Virus record (IMG/VR): IMGVR_UViG_3300014205_000001
Coordinates: 1-64,000 of that record
Length of the DNA stretch: 64,000 nt
From: a virus
Taxonomy: Duplodnaviria > Heunggongvirae > Uroviricota > Caudoviricetes
Reading direction: 5' to 3' (one strand)
Shown here: positions 38,306 to 45,940 of the stretch, one piece after another
Numbering within the stretch: position 1 is the stretch's first letter
Layout: every line of letters starts with the position of its first letter
Translations under genes and position numbers: made by a program
Notes under the pieces: generated by a model
Databases searched by the model: none
What the model saw: the letters and a program-made list of their open reading frames with translations, nothing else
Told to the model about the DNA's origin: nothing

Positions 38306-38794
38306 TTATATGTTGTTTTTAATTTCGCGTTCAGCATCTTTTTTCTTTAAATCTTCACGTTTGTCGTAATTTTTCTTACCAGTACAGATATGAATATCTA
38401 ATTTCCAAAAACGCTGATGATTTTTATATAAACGGCCTGGGATGCACGTAAAACCTTTCATCTGTAGTTTCTCACGGATTTCTTCCATTTCGCTCTTATT
38501 CAGTAATAATTTACGTGGGCGTGATTCAACAACAGTTACTTTATCATTCAATATATGATTTGCTAAAGGTGTAATCATACAACCTAATAAGACAAAATCC
38601 TTCCCGTCAAAATTACAATAAGCAGCATCGATTGAACAGTTGTGTTCATTGAGTGCTTTCACTTCCCAACCTTCTAACATGATTCCTGCAGTATACTTTT
38701 CATGAGTATGATACAGAAAATTCAATTTTTTAAAGGAATACGTGGGAATTACCTTTTTTACTTTTATTTCTTTACCCGCGTTTGTCGTTGCCAT
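38306..38794 (-). CDS. smpB: SsrA-binding protein SmpB
   Basis: YTAGIMLEGWEVKAL, RPRKLLLNKSE, GFTCIP, GKKNYDKREDLKKKDAERE. Confidence 0.9.
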   Translation of the reverse strand: MATTNAGKEIKVKKVIPTYSFKKLNFLYHTHEKYTAGIMLEGWEVKALNEHNCSIDAAYCNFDGKDFVLLGCMITPLANHILNDKVTVVESRPRKLLLNKSEMEEIREKLQMKGFTCIPGRLYKNHQRFWKLDIHICTGKKNYDKREDLKKKDAEREIKNNI

Positions 38795-38987
38795 GATTTA
38801 TATTTTTAATTTTTGCTTTTCTAATTTTAAATTTTGCTTTAATTTCCATTTCAGCTTTCTTAATATCCATCCACCCATGATGATTAATCCATCGTAAACT
38901 CCACCAATGTTGTTTATAGTGAGGATAAAACCACAACACACCTTCAGGTGAAAGTTCGACTACTATTTTGCATTTATAATAAGTCAT
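38772..38987 (-). CDS. hypothetical protein
   Basis: 71-aa ORF. Confidence 0.45.
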   Translation of the reverse strand: MTYYKCKIVVELSPEGVLWFYPHYKQHWWSLRWINHHGWMDIKKAEMEIKAKFKIRKAKIKNINHGNDKRG

Positions 38988-39825
38988 ACTTTAGTAACAT
39001 GGATTTTAATACTGGTTCATTAATATCAACAGTAAACAATTCTGTTTTGTTTTTAGTTAAATTTTCACGATGAATAATTTTAATAATGTTAGGCTTCCAC
39101 CATTCAGGTAAAAATTGTGGATTACCATATTTAATAAAATGATATTTCCACAACACAATTAAATTAACTGTACCTACACGAGATACAATTACTGAATTGA
39201 AATCGTAAACATCTTTTAAATATTTACTTTTTAATTGTTCATCAGTAAAACCAAATTTATTACGTAAATGTTCTAATCTACCTGTCATGATAATTTGTTT
39301 ATCAATAGGCAAGGAATCGTAATGTCGATGTAAACAATTATACATTGATTTAGCATCAATCCATGCAAATTCAATATCCTTAAAATTATCATCTACAAAA
39401 TCTTTAAACAGACGATTTTTAAAATCATTTGCAAAAGCTTCGTATGAATCATGAATGTCACGAGACAATACAACTAAATCAGTTGAATTTTTATCCTTAT
39501 ATTCACGACTAAAACATTGACGATATTGTGTAGGAACTACATGATGTTTAGTTAACAAATCTGTAGAACCTGAAACGACACATTTATTACTACGACCAAT
39601 TAATATTTCTGGTGGGTCACCATATCCTTTCGGTTCAAAAGATAAATGAATATCTGTATCAGATGTTTGCACACCTAAATTTTTCTTAAGATACCAATTA
39701 GCTTTTTTCTTACTACAAAAGCACATCAAGGTGCCATCGGGATGGAAGATACGAAAATTATCGTAAGGTGCTCTGACTAGAGCATTGTTATGTTCTTTTA
39801 ATTTAACTTGTTTCATACAAATCAA
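38974..39825 (-). CDS. HNH-like protein resembling the C-terminal domain of EXD2
   Basis: YDNFRIFHPDGTLMCFCSKKKANWYL...LSFEPKG...NKCVVSG...HHVVPTQYR...DLVVL...H..YE. Confidence 0.65.
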   Translation of the reverse strand: MICMKQVKLKEHNNALVRAPYDNFRIFHPDGTLMCFCSKKKANWYLKKNLGVQTSDTDIHLSFEPKGYGDPPEILIGRSNKCVVSGSTDLLTKHHVVPTQYRQCFSREYKDKNSTDLVVLSRDIHDSYEAFANDFKNRLFKDFVDDNFKDIEFAWIDAKSMYNCLHRHYDSLPIDKQIIMTGRLEHLRNKFGFTDEQLKSKYLKDVYDFNSVIVSRVGTVNLIVLWKYHFIKYGNPQFLPEWWKPNIIKIIHRENLTKNKTELFTVDINEPVLKSMLLKYDLL

Positions 39826-39858
39826 TATTTTTTGTATTACTTTATATATGTAAGGAAT

Positions 39859-40092
39859 TTATGTTCCTTGTAACCTCGGGTCTAATTCTGGGTGTTCTGC
39901 CCAGTTTTTAAGTACATCATTAATTTCACCATTAGCATGTCTAAATGCTTGAATTAATTGTAATTCAATTGCTTCATGTGGCATTAATTGATTTTTTGTT
40001 TCTTTAACAGCTAATACGCATAAACGTTTATTACGTTCTTTTGTACCCATTAGCTTAACTTTATTTAATAGCTTTTGAAACATCTTATACAA
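39859..40092 (-). CDS. hypothetical protein
   Basis: 77-aa ORF. Confidence 0.45.
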   Translation of the reverse strand: MYKMFQKLLNKVKLMGTKERNKRLCVLAVKETKNQLMPHEAIELQLIQAFRHANGEINDVLKNWAEHPELDPRLQGT

Positions 40093-40698
40093 TTATAAGA
40101 CTTCTCGGTAACGTTTGAAAATGTTTACAATATTTTTTGCGTCATCAATTCCACGATGTGCAGTACCTTGAAAATTGAATTTTTCAAATTTACATGCTCC
40201 ACCTAAACCAATGGGTTTTTTGAATTTATTAATTTCACCATGACGATGTTTTAACGAGATGTGATTATTATCATTAATGAATTGATCAATTATATCTTGT
40301 GAAAATTTATTTAATTTCAAATCATCTCTAAATTGCCGTTTGTCATAAAATCCCCAACTGACATAAGTAGGTTGTTCATTATCTTTACGTGCCCACGCAA
40401 AAAATTCACCTAACACAAAAAATGCTTCTTCTGCATTATCAATATCATCTTGTGTTATCGTTGTAAGTTCATTACAAAATTTTGAGATGTAAGGAAATTT
40501 TGTAGGTTTTAAAAATTTGCTAAATTCGTCAATGACTTCACCTTGCTCATTTAATTTATATGCACCTATCTCAATGATTTCATTGACGAAGCCTCTAGGT
40601 TTTGTTTCACTGTTACTATTTTTATCGTAACAAGTTGCTTCAAGGTCTAATATTATGTATGTTTTCATAGTTACTATTATATACATTGTAAATGACAA
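40093..40698 (-). CDS. DEDDh 3'-5' exonuclease (ERI1/KapD-like; start probably MKTYIIL)
   Basis: ILDLEATC, EIIEIGA, SWGFYD, HRGIDDA. Confidence 0.88.
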   Translation of the reverse strand: MSFTMYIIVTMKTYIILDLEATCYDKNSNSETKPRGFVNEIIEIGAYKLNEQGEVIDEFSKFLKPTKFPYISKFCNELTTITQDDIDNAEEAFFVLGEFFAWARKDNEQPTYVSWGFYDKRQFRDDLKLNKFSQDIIDQFINDNNHISLKHRHGEINKFKKPIGLGGACKFEKFNFQGTAHRGIDDAKNIVNIFKRYREVL

Positions 40699-40947
40699 TG
40701 TTTCAAAATGGGTATAAAGTGGGTAATTTATTGGGTATATTCTTACACAAATTGCATTTTACTTTAAAAATGAAAAAATAAAGTAAAATTTATTGAAATT
40801 AACCTTGTTGATTATCAACTAGTTAGCTGATTTGACTTAAATAATTGTTTTAATTTAACAAAATACTTTGTAAAATGCGATTCTACGTTACAATTAATGT
40901 TTAAATTTGTAGTAACATAAAAACAATAAACTTAAAAAACAAAAATC

Positions 40948-41433
40948 ATGGCAACTCCAACAAAAAGCAAAAGGACAGCAGCAAAACGCAAAACTGCAAA
41001 AAAAGTATCGCGTACAGCTTCCACTGCAAAACCGAAGGGGCGCACAAAGAAAGTAAAAGAACCCACGCATCCTGTACTTCATAAGGACCACAGGTACCTA
41101 ACAGTAAATGGTGTATCTGTACCTAAAAGCCGCGTCGCCGTAGAAATTCTCAGCCGTTTCGTTGAGAAAAAGAAAATCAAGAACCTAACCCAACTTACGG
41201 AACAATTCCCTGTGGAATTACATCCTGCTGGTTTAATCGTTCCTGTCGCTGAAGCACGCAAGAAAAACGAAAAACGCACACGTTTCAATATGGATGAACT
41301 TATGACCCTGGGCGGAAAAAAATTCGCTATCTGCAAAGAGTTCGGTCATAACAACATGACTCCATTGATCAAAGCTGCCGAAAAAAATGGTTTCAAAGTA
41401 CAACGTGTACTTAAAACTAAAGTAGCTGCTTAA
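40948..41433 (+). CDS. basic putative DNA-binding early protein
   Basis: histone-H1-like K/A-rich N-tail plus globular domain; TAAATTTG promoter upstream and terminator at 41450-41479. Confidence 0.55.
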   Translation: MATPTKSKRTAAKRKTAKKVSRTASTAKPKGRTKKVKEPTHPVLHKDHRYLTVNGVSVPKSRVAVEILSRFVEKKKIKNLTQLTEQFPVELHPAGLIVPVAEARKKNEKRTRFNMDELMTLGGKKFAICKEFGHNNMTPLIKAAEKNGFKVQRVLKTKVAA

Positions 41434-41482
41434 TCATTGATTAACTTGCAAGGTCCTGAATTTCTTCAGGACCTTTTTTGTG

Positions 41483-41860
41483 TTATTTAAGTTTTCGTTT
41501 AATTTCCTTAATACGTAAGAAAATTTCTTCACGTTTCATTGCAGTATTTTTGAACTGCTCCAAATGTCGATGATCATTGTAACATGTTATCACATCAAAT
41601 AAATTTTGTGTGCCTGGACGTTTTCTACAGATAAAGAGAGTATCATTCGATTGAATGATTGTCAACCCAAGTTGTTTGTATTTTTCATATAGAAATAAAA
41701 TATAGCGAGGTGCATCATCAAAAATTTTAGAAGTTATATCCTTACCTGCACGTAATTTTGTCAACATTTCTGAAAACAAATTCTGTTCAGTAGAATTTAA
41801 TCCTCCACGAATACGTTCAACATATCTTTCACCTGCGTGATGAGTTATAAAGAAATTCAT
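41483..41860 (-). CDS. hypothetical protein
   Basis: ITHHAGERYVERI N-terminal motif. Confidence 0.55.
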   Translation of the reverse strand: MNFFITHHAGERYVERIRGGLNSTEQNLFSEMLTKLRAGKDITSKIFDDAPRYILFLYEKYKQLGLTIIQSNDTLFICRKRPGTQNLFDVITCYNDHRHLEQFKNTAMKREEIFLRIKEIKRKLK

Positions 41861-41862
41861 AA

Positions 41863-42144
41863 CTATTGTTGTGAAAAATCGAATTTTGCAGAAACTTTAC
41901 GATGTACGTAATTGTTATCAAGTAATCCTAATTTATGCGCCTGATCTGAAATTTCAGATTGTGATAATGTTTCGTGTTCAAAGTTATTTGCACGTTCCAT
42001 TAAAAAATCAATTTGCTTTTCTAACAAATCGGGTTGTGATTCAATGTCAGGATTTTCAGAAATAATACCAGCACGGAAAACCATTCGTAATTCTTGAATA
42101 TCAGCATCGATACTTGCCTGTGTGTGTTTTGTTTTATTGTCCAT
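41863..42144 (-). CDS. hypothetical protein
   Basis: 93-aa ORF after TATATTTG motif. Confidence 0.55.
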   Translation of the reverse strand: MDNKTKHTQASIDADIQELRMVFRAGIISENPDIESQPDLLEKQIDFLMERANNFEHETLSQSEISDQAHKLGLLDNNYVHRKVSAKFDFSQQ

Positions 42145-42264
42145 TTGTGTGAGTGTTCTAACAAATATATGTTTTTAAAGGTTCATTTGAAAACATTGTT
42201 CAAAACATATTTAATTTATTGATTATCAATCAGTTAGGTAATACGTTGAATTTCAATATCTTGT

Positions 42265-43146
42265 TTAAAACAAAACAGGAGTCATATTGGATAAGGATTC
42301 CAATTCAGCCTTGCAGGACATGTAAAATTCAGCTTCTAACTGCAAACGATTAAACCAGTTATGGAAATAATTATCCAATTCTAAACTACGAGGATGTGTC
42401 CCTAAATGATATAATTCAAAGTCTTTTCGATTTTGAATTTTATCAGCTTTCAACATTACGTTTACATCTTCTAAAGGACTTAAACGAATATCATCAAGTA
42501 AATTTATAGTTCTGTGACTTAAATATTCATTAGCAACGCTTCGATATTCAATTGCTAATATAAGTGACTTGGCGTCTAATTTTTTTAAATTCTGTGAATT
42601 GAAATTTAGTTCTAAATCCACATCACTTTGAAATAAAGGATGTAAAATATAACCTAATTTCGCTTCAGTAGAAGCATTCAATTTATGTAGAATATATAAA
42701 CCTTCATCGATATGATTCATCAATGACACACCGCTACGCATTGTTGTTTTATCGCCGTACGTTGTTTGTATAAATTGATACTCTTCAGTATTCGTTAAAC
42801 CATTTGCCAAAACAAAAGGAATTTTTTTATGTCGAAAATATGATGCTAATTCACATTGAGTCGTAGTGATCATTTTCACGTCATAACCAATTTCAGCACA
42901 TTTTTCTAACCAAAGTTTAAAAAATAAACCATTACCTCGATGTTGCTTTAAAAGATATAAAGCATAATACGTATGACCTTCATATTCAAAGATAGCCCAC
43001 ATCCCACGCATTTTAGGTACTTGCACTAATTTTGTTAGTTTAGCACCCGTGTGTGCAATTTGCAAAGCACGATTACGTAAATAATCAATTGCGCCTTCGA
43101 GGGTATCTGAATTTAAATTGAAACGCATTTTAATCGATGTTAACAC
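42265..43146 (-). CDS. hypothetical protein (HD-like C-terminal part)
   Basis: NHIDEG...ILHPLFQ...ADKIQNRKDF. Confidence 0.5.
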   Translation of the reverse strand: MLTSIKMRFNLNSDTLEGAIDYLRNRALQIAHTGAKLTKLVQVPKMRGMWAIFEYEGHTYYALYLLKQHRGNGLFFKLWLEKCAEIGYDVKMITTTQCELASYFRHKKIPFVLANGLTNTEEYQFIQTTYGDKTTMRSGVSLMNHIDEGLYILHKLNASTEAKLGYILHPLFQSDVDLELNFNSQNLKKLDAKSLILAIEYRSVANEYLSHRTINLLDDIRLSPLEDVNVMLKADKIQNRKDFELYHLGTHPRSLELDNYFHNWFNRLQLEAEFYMSCKAELESLSNMTPVLF

Positions 43147-43531
43147 TTTTTGTTTCAGGTGCTTCCAATAAATTAACTGTCATGATGCCGTCTTCTAATT
43201 TAGCCGTCACAACTTCATCTTTGCCAATAGGTTGTTTAAAATCAATTACGATTCCACCTTGAGGATTTGAACCTACAACAGTTAAGATACCATTTTTTAC
43301 ATTCACCGTAGCATTTTCTTTTTTAATGCCTGCCATGATAATAACGTATTTGTATTTTCCATCAACAGTAGGCGTACGATCGTAGCCTTTAAGTTCTGGG
43401 AAGATTTTTTCTTTAATTTCGTTTACAAGTTTAGTACCTTGTGTAGTCACTTTTTCTGCAATATTTACACCATGATTTTTTACAAAATCTTGTGCATCTT
43501 TTGCAAATTTATCTTTACTGAATCCGAACAT
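43130..43531 (-). CDS. small heat-shock protein (Hsp20 family)
   Basis: MAGIKKENATVNVKNGILTVVG...AKLEDGIMTVNL. Confidence 0.75.
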   Translation of the reverse strand: MFGFSKDKFAKDAQDFVKNHGVNIAEKVTTQGTKLVNEIKEKIFPELKGYDRTPTVDGKYKYVIIMAGIKKENATVNVKNGILTVVGSNPQGGIVIDFKQPIGKDEVVTAKLEDGIMTVNLLEAPETKSVNID

Positions 43532-43569
43532 GTCTTATAATTTTATAAGACAATTATATGCTTTTACAT

Positions 43570-43974
43570 TTACATGTAAAAACCGTCAGTATTAAAAATT
43601 CTATCAGATTGAGTCGTTCCAAAACTTTCATAGTTAGATAAAATTTCTTCACCTTCTAATATATCACGTGCAGCGTATGTAACATACTCAGTATCTGGGT
43701 CCAATGTATTAAAATTTTCTTTAGAATGATTAAAAAATCTTGCATTATCCACACAAAGAAAATATAAATCATGGTGTTTATATGCATAAATTTCAATAAA
43801 TTGTTTTTCTAATTCACTTAGTCTTTCAAAATCTTGTTGTGTATAGATACGATCAACCGCTGTATTTAATTCCCAAATTTTTGTTCCTTTAGGAATGAAC
43901 TGTGCTGCGAAACAACCTATTCCTGCATTGGGAATAGAACTGACATTTAATTTTGTTTTAACTAATAAACTCAT
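43570..43974 (-). CDS. SET-domain protein
   Basis: GIGCFAAQFIPKGT, RFFNHS, AARDILEGEEILSNY. Confidence 0.85.
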   Translation of the reverse strand: MSLLVKTKLNVSSIPNAGIGCFAAQFIPKGTKIWELNTAVDRIYTQQDFERLSELEKQFIEIYAYKHHDLYFLCVDNARFFNHSKENFNTLDPDTEYVTYAARDILEGEEILSNYESFGTTQSDRIFNTDGFYM

Positions 43975-43977
43975 ATT

Positions 43978-44340
43978 TTAAGATTTAATAAAATCAACAC
44001 TTTCTGAATAATATCCATTGCTTTCACCATACCAACGAATTGTTACATGACCTTTAATTGTCGCAATATTATAAAACGTCCAAGTGAAACTATCTTGATA
44101 TTCATAACTTACTCCTTCAGGATTTTCACGACTCACATCTTCACTTGCTTTTAATATTGGACTACCCATTAAATCATCCAAATCACCTGCAATATCTTCA
44201 ATTGAAACTGATTCACAACAATCTTGTGAGTGATACATTTTATACACAGTTTCATCGTTACAATAAAAAATCATTTCATCACCACGATTATCAATCTTAT
44301 AAATTATTTTTCCTATTAAATCCTCAATTGAAGTTTCCAT
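43978..44340 (-). CDS. conserved phage hypothetical protein
   Basis: HSQDCCESV...TWTFY...RWYGESNGYYSE motif. Confidence 0.7.
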   Translation of the reverse strand: METSIEDLIGKIIYKIDNRGDEMIFYCNDETVYKMYHSQDCCESVSIEDIAGDLDDLMGSPILKASEDVSRENPEGVSYEYQDSFTWTFYNIATIKGHVTIRWYGESNGYYSESVDFIKS

Positions 44341-44350
44341 TGTAGTTATA

Positions 44351-44824
44351 TTATAAATTTTTCAAAAAGTTTATTGTAACTTCGTTAACAAAGAAAGGTT
44401 CTCCTTTTCCTTTTAATGTTTTCATTACATGACCTACATATAAACCTAACAGTCCTGTATTACCATTCTTATAATCAGTTAAATATCTAGGAAATTGTAA
44501 TACAAATTCCCGCAATATTCTTTCGATTTCTTTTCGTTGTAATCCACACAAACCTAAAACGACTAATGACATCTTTAACATTTCATTAAAGTTAGTTTCA
44601 CATTCTTCAATTGAATTACCCATTGCAATGGGTCCGCCTTCGCCTTCATATATTGCCATAAAACGATCTTCATCAAGTGTTTCACCACTACGATACATTG
44701 TACATTTTAATTCTACTTTTGTCATCCCATCAATTGTATTGGGACGATAATGTATCATGCCAGTATTACTATTTTTATAGTAATGATCTAACCATTTTTT
44801 TTCTATTCTATTTTCCATATTCAT
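44351..44824 (-). CDS. protein with C-terminal GatB/YqeY-like tRNA-binding domain
   Basis: YKNGNTGLLGLYVGHVMKTLKGKGEPFFVNE resembles GatB C-terminus; start re-placed to the ATG just after tRNA-Gln. Confidence 0.7.
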   Translation of the reverse strand: MNMENRIEKKWLDHYYKNSNTGMIHYRPNTIDGMTKVELKCTMYRSGETLDEDRFMAIYEGEGGPIAMGNSIEECETNFNEMLKMSLVVLGLCGLQRKEIERILREFVLQFPRYLTDYKNGNTGLLGLYVGHVMKTLKGKGEPFFVNEVTINFLKNL

Positions 44825-44826
44825 AG

Positions 44827-44900
44827 CTGCCCCACGAGGATTCGAACCTACGATTACCTGAGTCAAAATCAGGGGTCACTGCCAATTAGACGACAGGGCA
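44827..44900 (-). tRNA. tRNA-Gln(TTG)
   Basis: TGCCCTG/TGGGGCA acceptor, CCTGA TTTTGAC TCAGG. Confidence 0.88.
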
Positions 44901-44910
44901 TTATATTTTG

Positions 44911-44998
44911 TTGTCCCACCAGGATTCGAACCTAGATCGAAGGCGTATTACCGCTCGGCGTTCAAAGCGCCGTGTTCTGCCAGTTAAACTATAGGACA
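44911..44998 (-). tRNA. tRNA-Gln(TTG) with 20-nt variable region
   Basis: TGTCCTA/TGGGACA acceptor, CGGCG CTTTGAA CGCCG, variable AGCGGTAATACGCCTTCGAT. Confidence 0.85.
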
Positions 44999-45002
44999 TT
45001 AT

Positions 45003-45039
45003 AAAAATCAAAAAGCCTGATAAAACAATTATCAGGCTT
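45003..45039 (-). terminator. attenuator terminator before tRNA-Gln pair
   Basis: AAGCCTGATAA-TTGTT-TTATCAGGCTT then TTTGATTTTT. Confidence 0.88.
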
Positions 45040-45057
45040 CGTGTAAATTTGTATTAA

Positions 45058-45135
45058 TTAATTCAACAACGTGTCTGACAATATTTTTAAATATTGTTGC
45101 TGCTGCCATTGTGAATATGTAATTAAAATTTTCAT
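45058..45135 (-). CDS. leader peptide MKILITYSQWQQQQYLKILSDTLLN
   Basis: 25-codon ORF with CAA TGG CAG CAG CAA CAA, then terminator, then two tRNA-Gln. Confidence 0.88.
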   Translation of the reverse strand: MKILITYSQWQQQQYLKILSDTLLN

Positions 45136-45143
45136 TATAGTTG

Positions 45144-45214
45144 AGCGATTGAGGAGAATCGAACTCCCGTCTTTGCCTTGGCAAGGCAATGTAATACCAT
45201 TATACCACAATCGC
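45144..45214 (-). tRNA. tRNA-Gly(GCC)
   Basis: TTGCC TTGCCAA GGCAA; U73. Confidence 0.93.
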
Positions 45215-45224
45215 ATTTGTAGTG

Positions 45225-45295
45225 AGCGAATGAAGGGAATCGAACCCTCGTATCCTGATTGGAAGTCAGGTGTAATACCATTATACTACATTCGC
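45225..45295 (-). tRNA. tRNA-Gly(TCC)
   Basis: CCTGA CTTCCAA TCAGG; U73. Confidence 0.93.
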
Positions 45296-45364
45296 ATGTG
45301 GCAGACATCGCTTAACTGCCGAGAAGTGTACCTTTTCTCTTCGAAATTTCTTTCGCGGTTTTTG

Positions 45365-45436
45365 TGGAGCTTAGGGGAATCGAACCCCTGTCCGTTGAGT
45401 GCAAATCAACAATAATAGCCTCTATACTAAAGCCCC
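45365..45436 (-). tRNA. tRNA-Ala(TGC)
   Basis: GGGGCTT/AAGCTCC with G3:U70; GTTGA TTTGCAC TCAAC. Confidence 0.92.
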
Positions 45437-45636
45437 ATTTTTATTTGTTCAGCTAAATAAAGATAGCTGTGTTGTTTCTTTTACGATCAATAGCGTTGTT
45501 AAAGTCTACTACTGAAGTTTCATAATCGTCATCATACATTCTGACTTTCATTTCTTTTTTGTTTATTACGTAGAAAAAAGATAAAATTACTAACACATAT
45601 TTAATTCAATTAATCATTTTGTTTATTTTTATTTTG

Positions 45637-45712
45637 TAGCCCTTATAGGATTCGAACCTATGATCTCCTCTTTGTAAGAGAGGCGCTTTAAAACCAGCTA
45701 AGCGAAAGGGCC
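45637..45712 (-). tRNA. tRNA-Val(TAC)
   Basis: CCTCT CTTACAA AGAGG; ATAGG TTCGAAT CCTAT. Confidence 0.92.
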
Positions 45713-45719
45713 ATATAAC

Positions 45720-45752
45720 AAAAAAATCCGAACTGTTGGGTTCGGATTTTTT
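45720..45752 (-). terminator. attenuator terminator of the Val/Ala/Gly/Gln tRNA array
   Basis: AAAAAATCCGAAC-CCAACA-GTTCGGATTTTTTT, ending 7 nt before tRNA-Val. Confidence 0.88.
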
Positions 45753-45772
45753 AAATTTCTTTTGTTATTTCA

Positions 45773-45859
45773 TTAACATAAGTTATCCGGACCGTGTGAT
45801 TTCCACACCGCTGCTGCGCCTTGTTGCCCGACTACTAATATGTTATTGAAGTTTTTCAT
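45773..45859 (-). CDS. leader peptide MKNFNNILVVGQQGAAAVWKSHGPDNLC
   Basis: 28-codon ORF with run GTA GTC GGG CAA CAA GGC GCA GCA GCG GTG. Confidence 0.88.
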   Translation of the reverse strand: MKNFNNILVVGQQGAAAVWKSHGPDNLC

Positions 45860-45863
45860 ATAA

Positions 45864-45940
45864 TGTATATATAAATAATTTGTTGCTTTGTTTAATAATA
45901 TACTACAATTATAAGAATAATTTTTTATATGTGAAAATTA
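45864..45940 (-). promoter_or_regulatory. promoter cassette of tRNA array 2 (close copy of 27096-27174)
   Basis: TTATAATTGTA motif plus TAAAC-N16-TATATATA. Confidence 0.7.

Noticed and set aside
45071-45415. 114-aa plus-strand ORF with CCCC
   Set aside because: Antisense to tRNA-Gly/Ala and to the Gln codon run of the leader.
45365-45436. tmRNA suggested by GGGGCT start and presence of SmpB
   Set aside because: It closes as a normal 72-nt tRNA-Ala(TGC) with no tag-reading region.
45440-45630. Additional leader peptide between tRNA-Val and tRNA-Ala
   Set aside because: The short ORF there (MKVRMYDDD...) has no matching codon run and no terminator hairpin after it.
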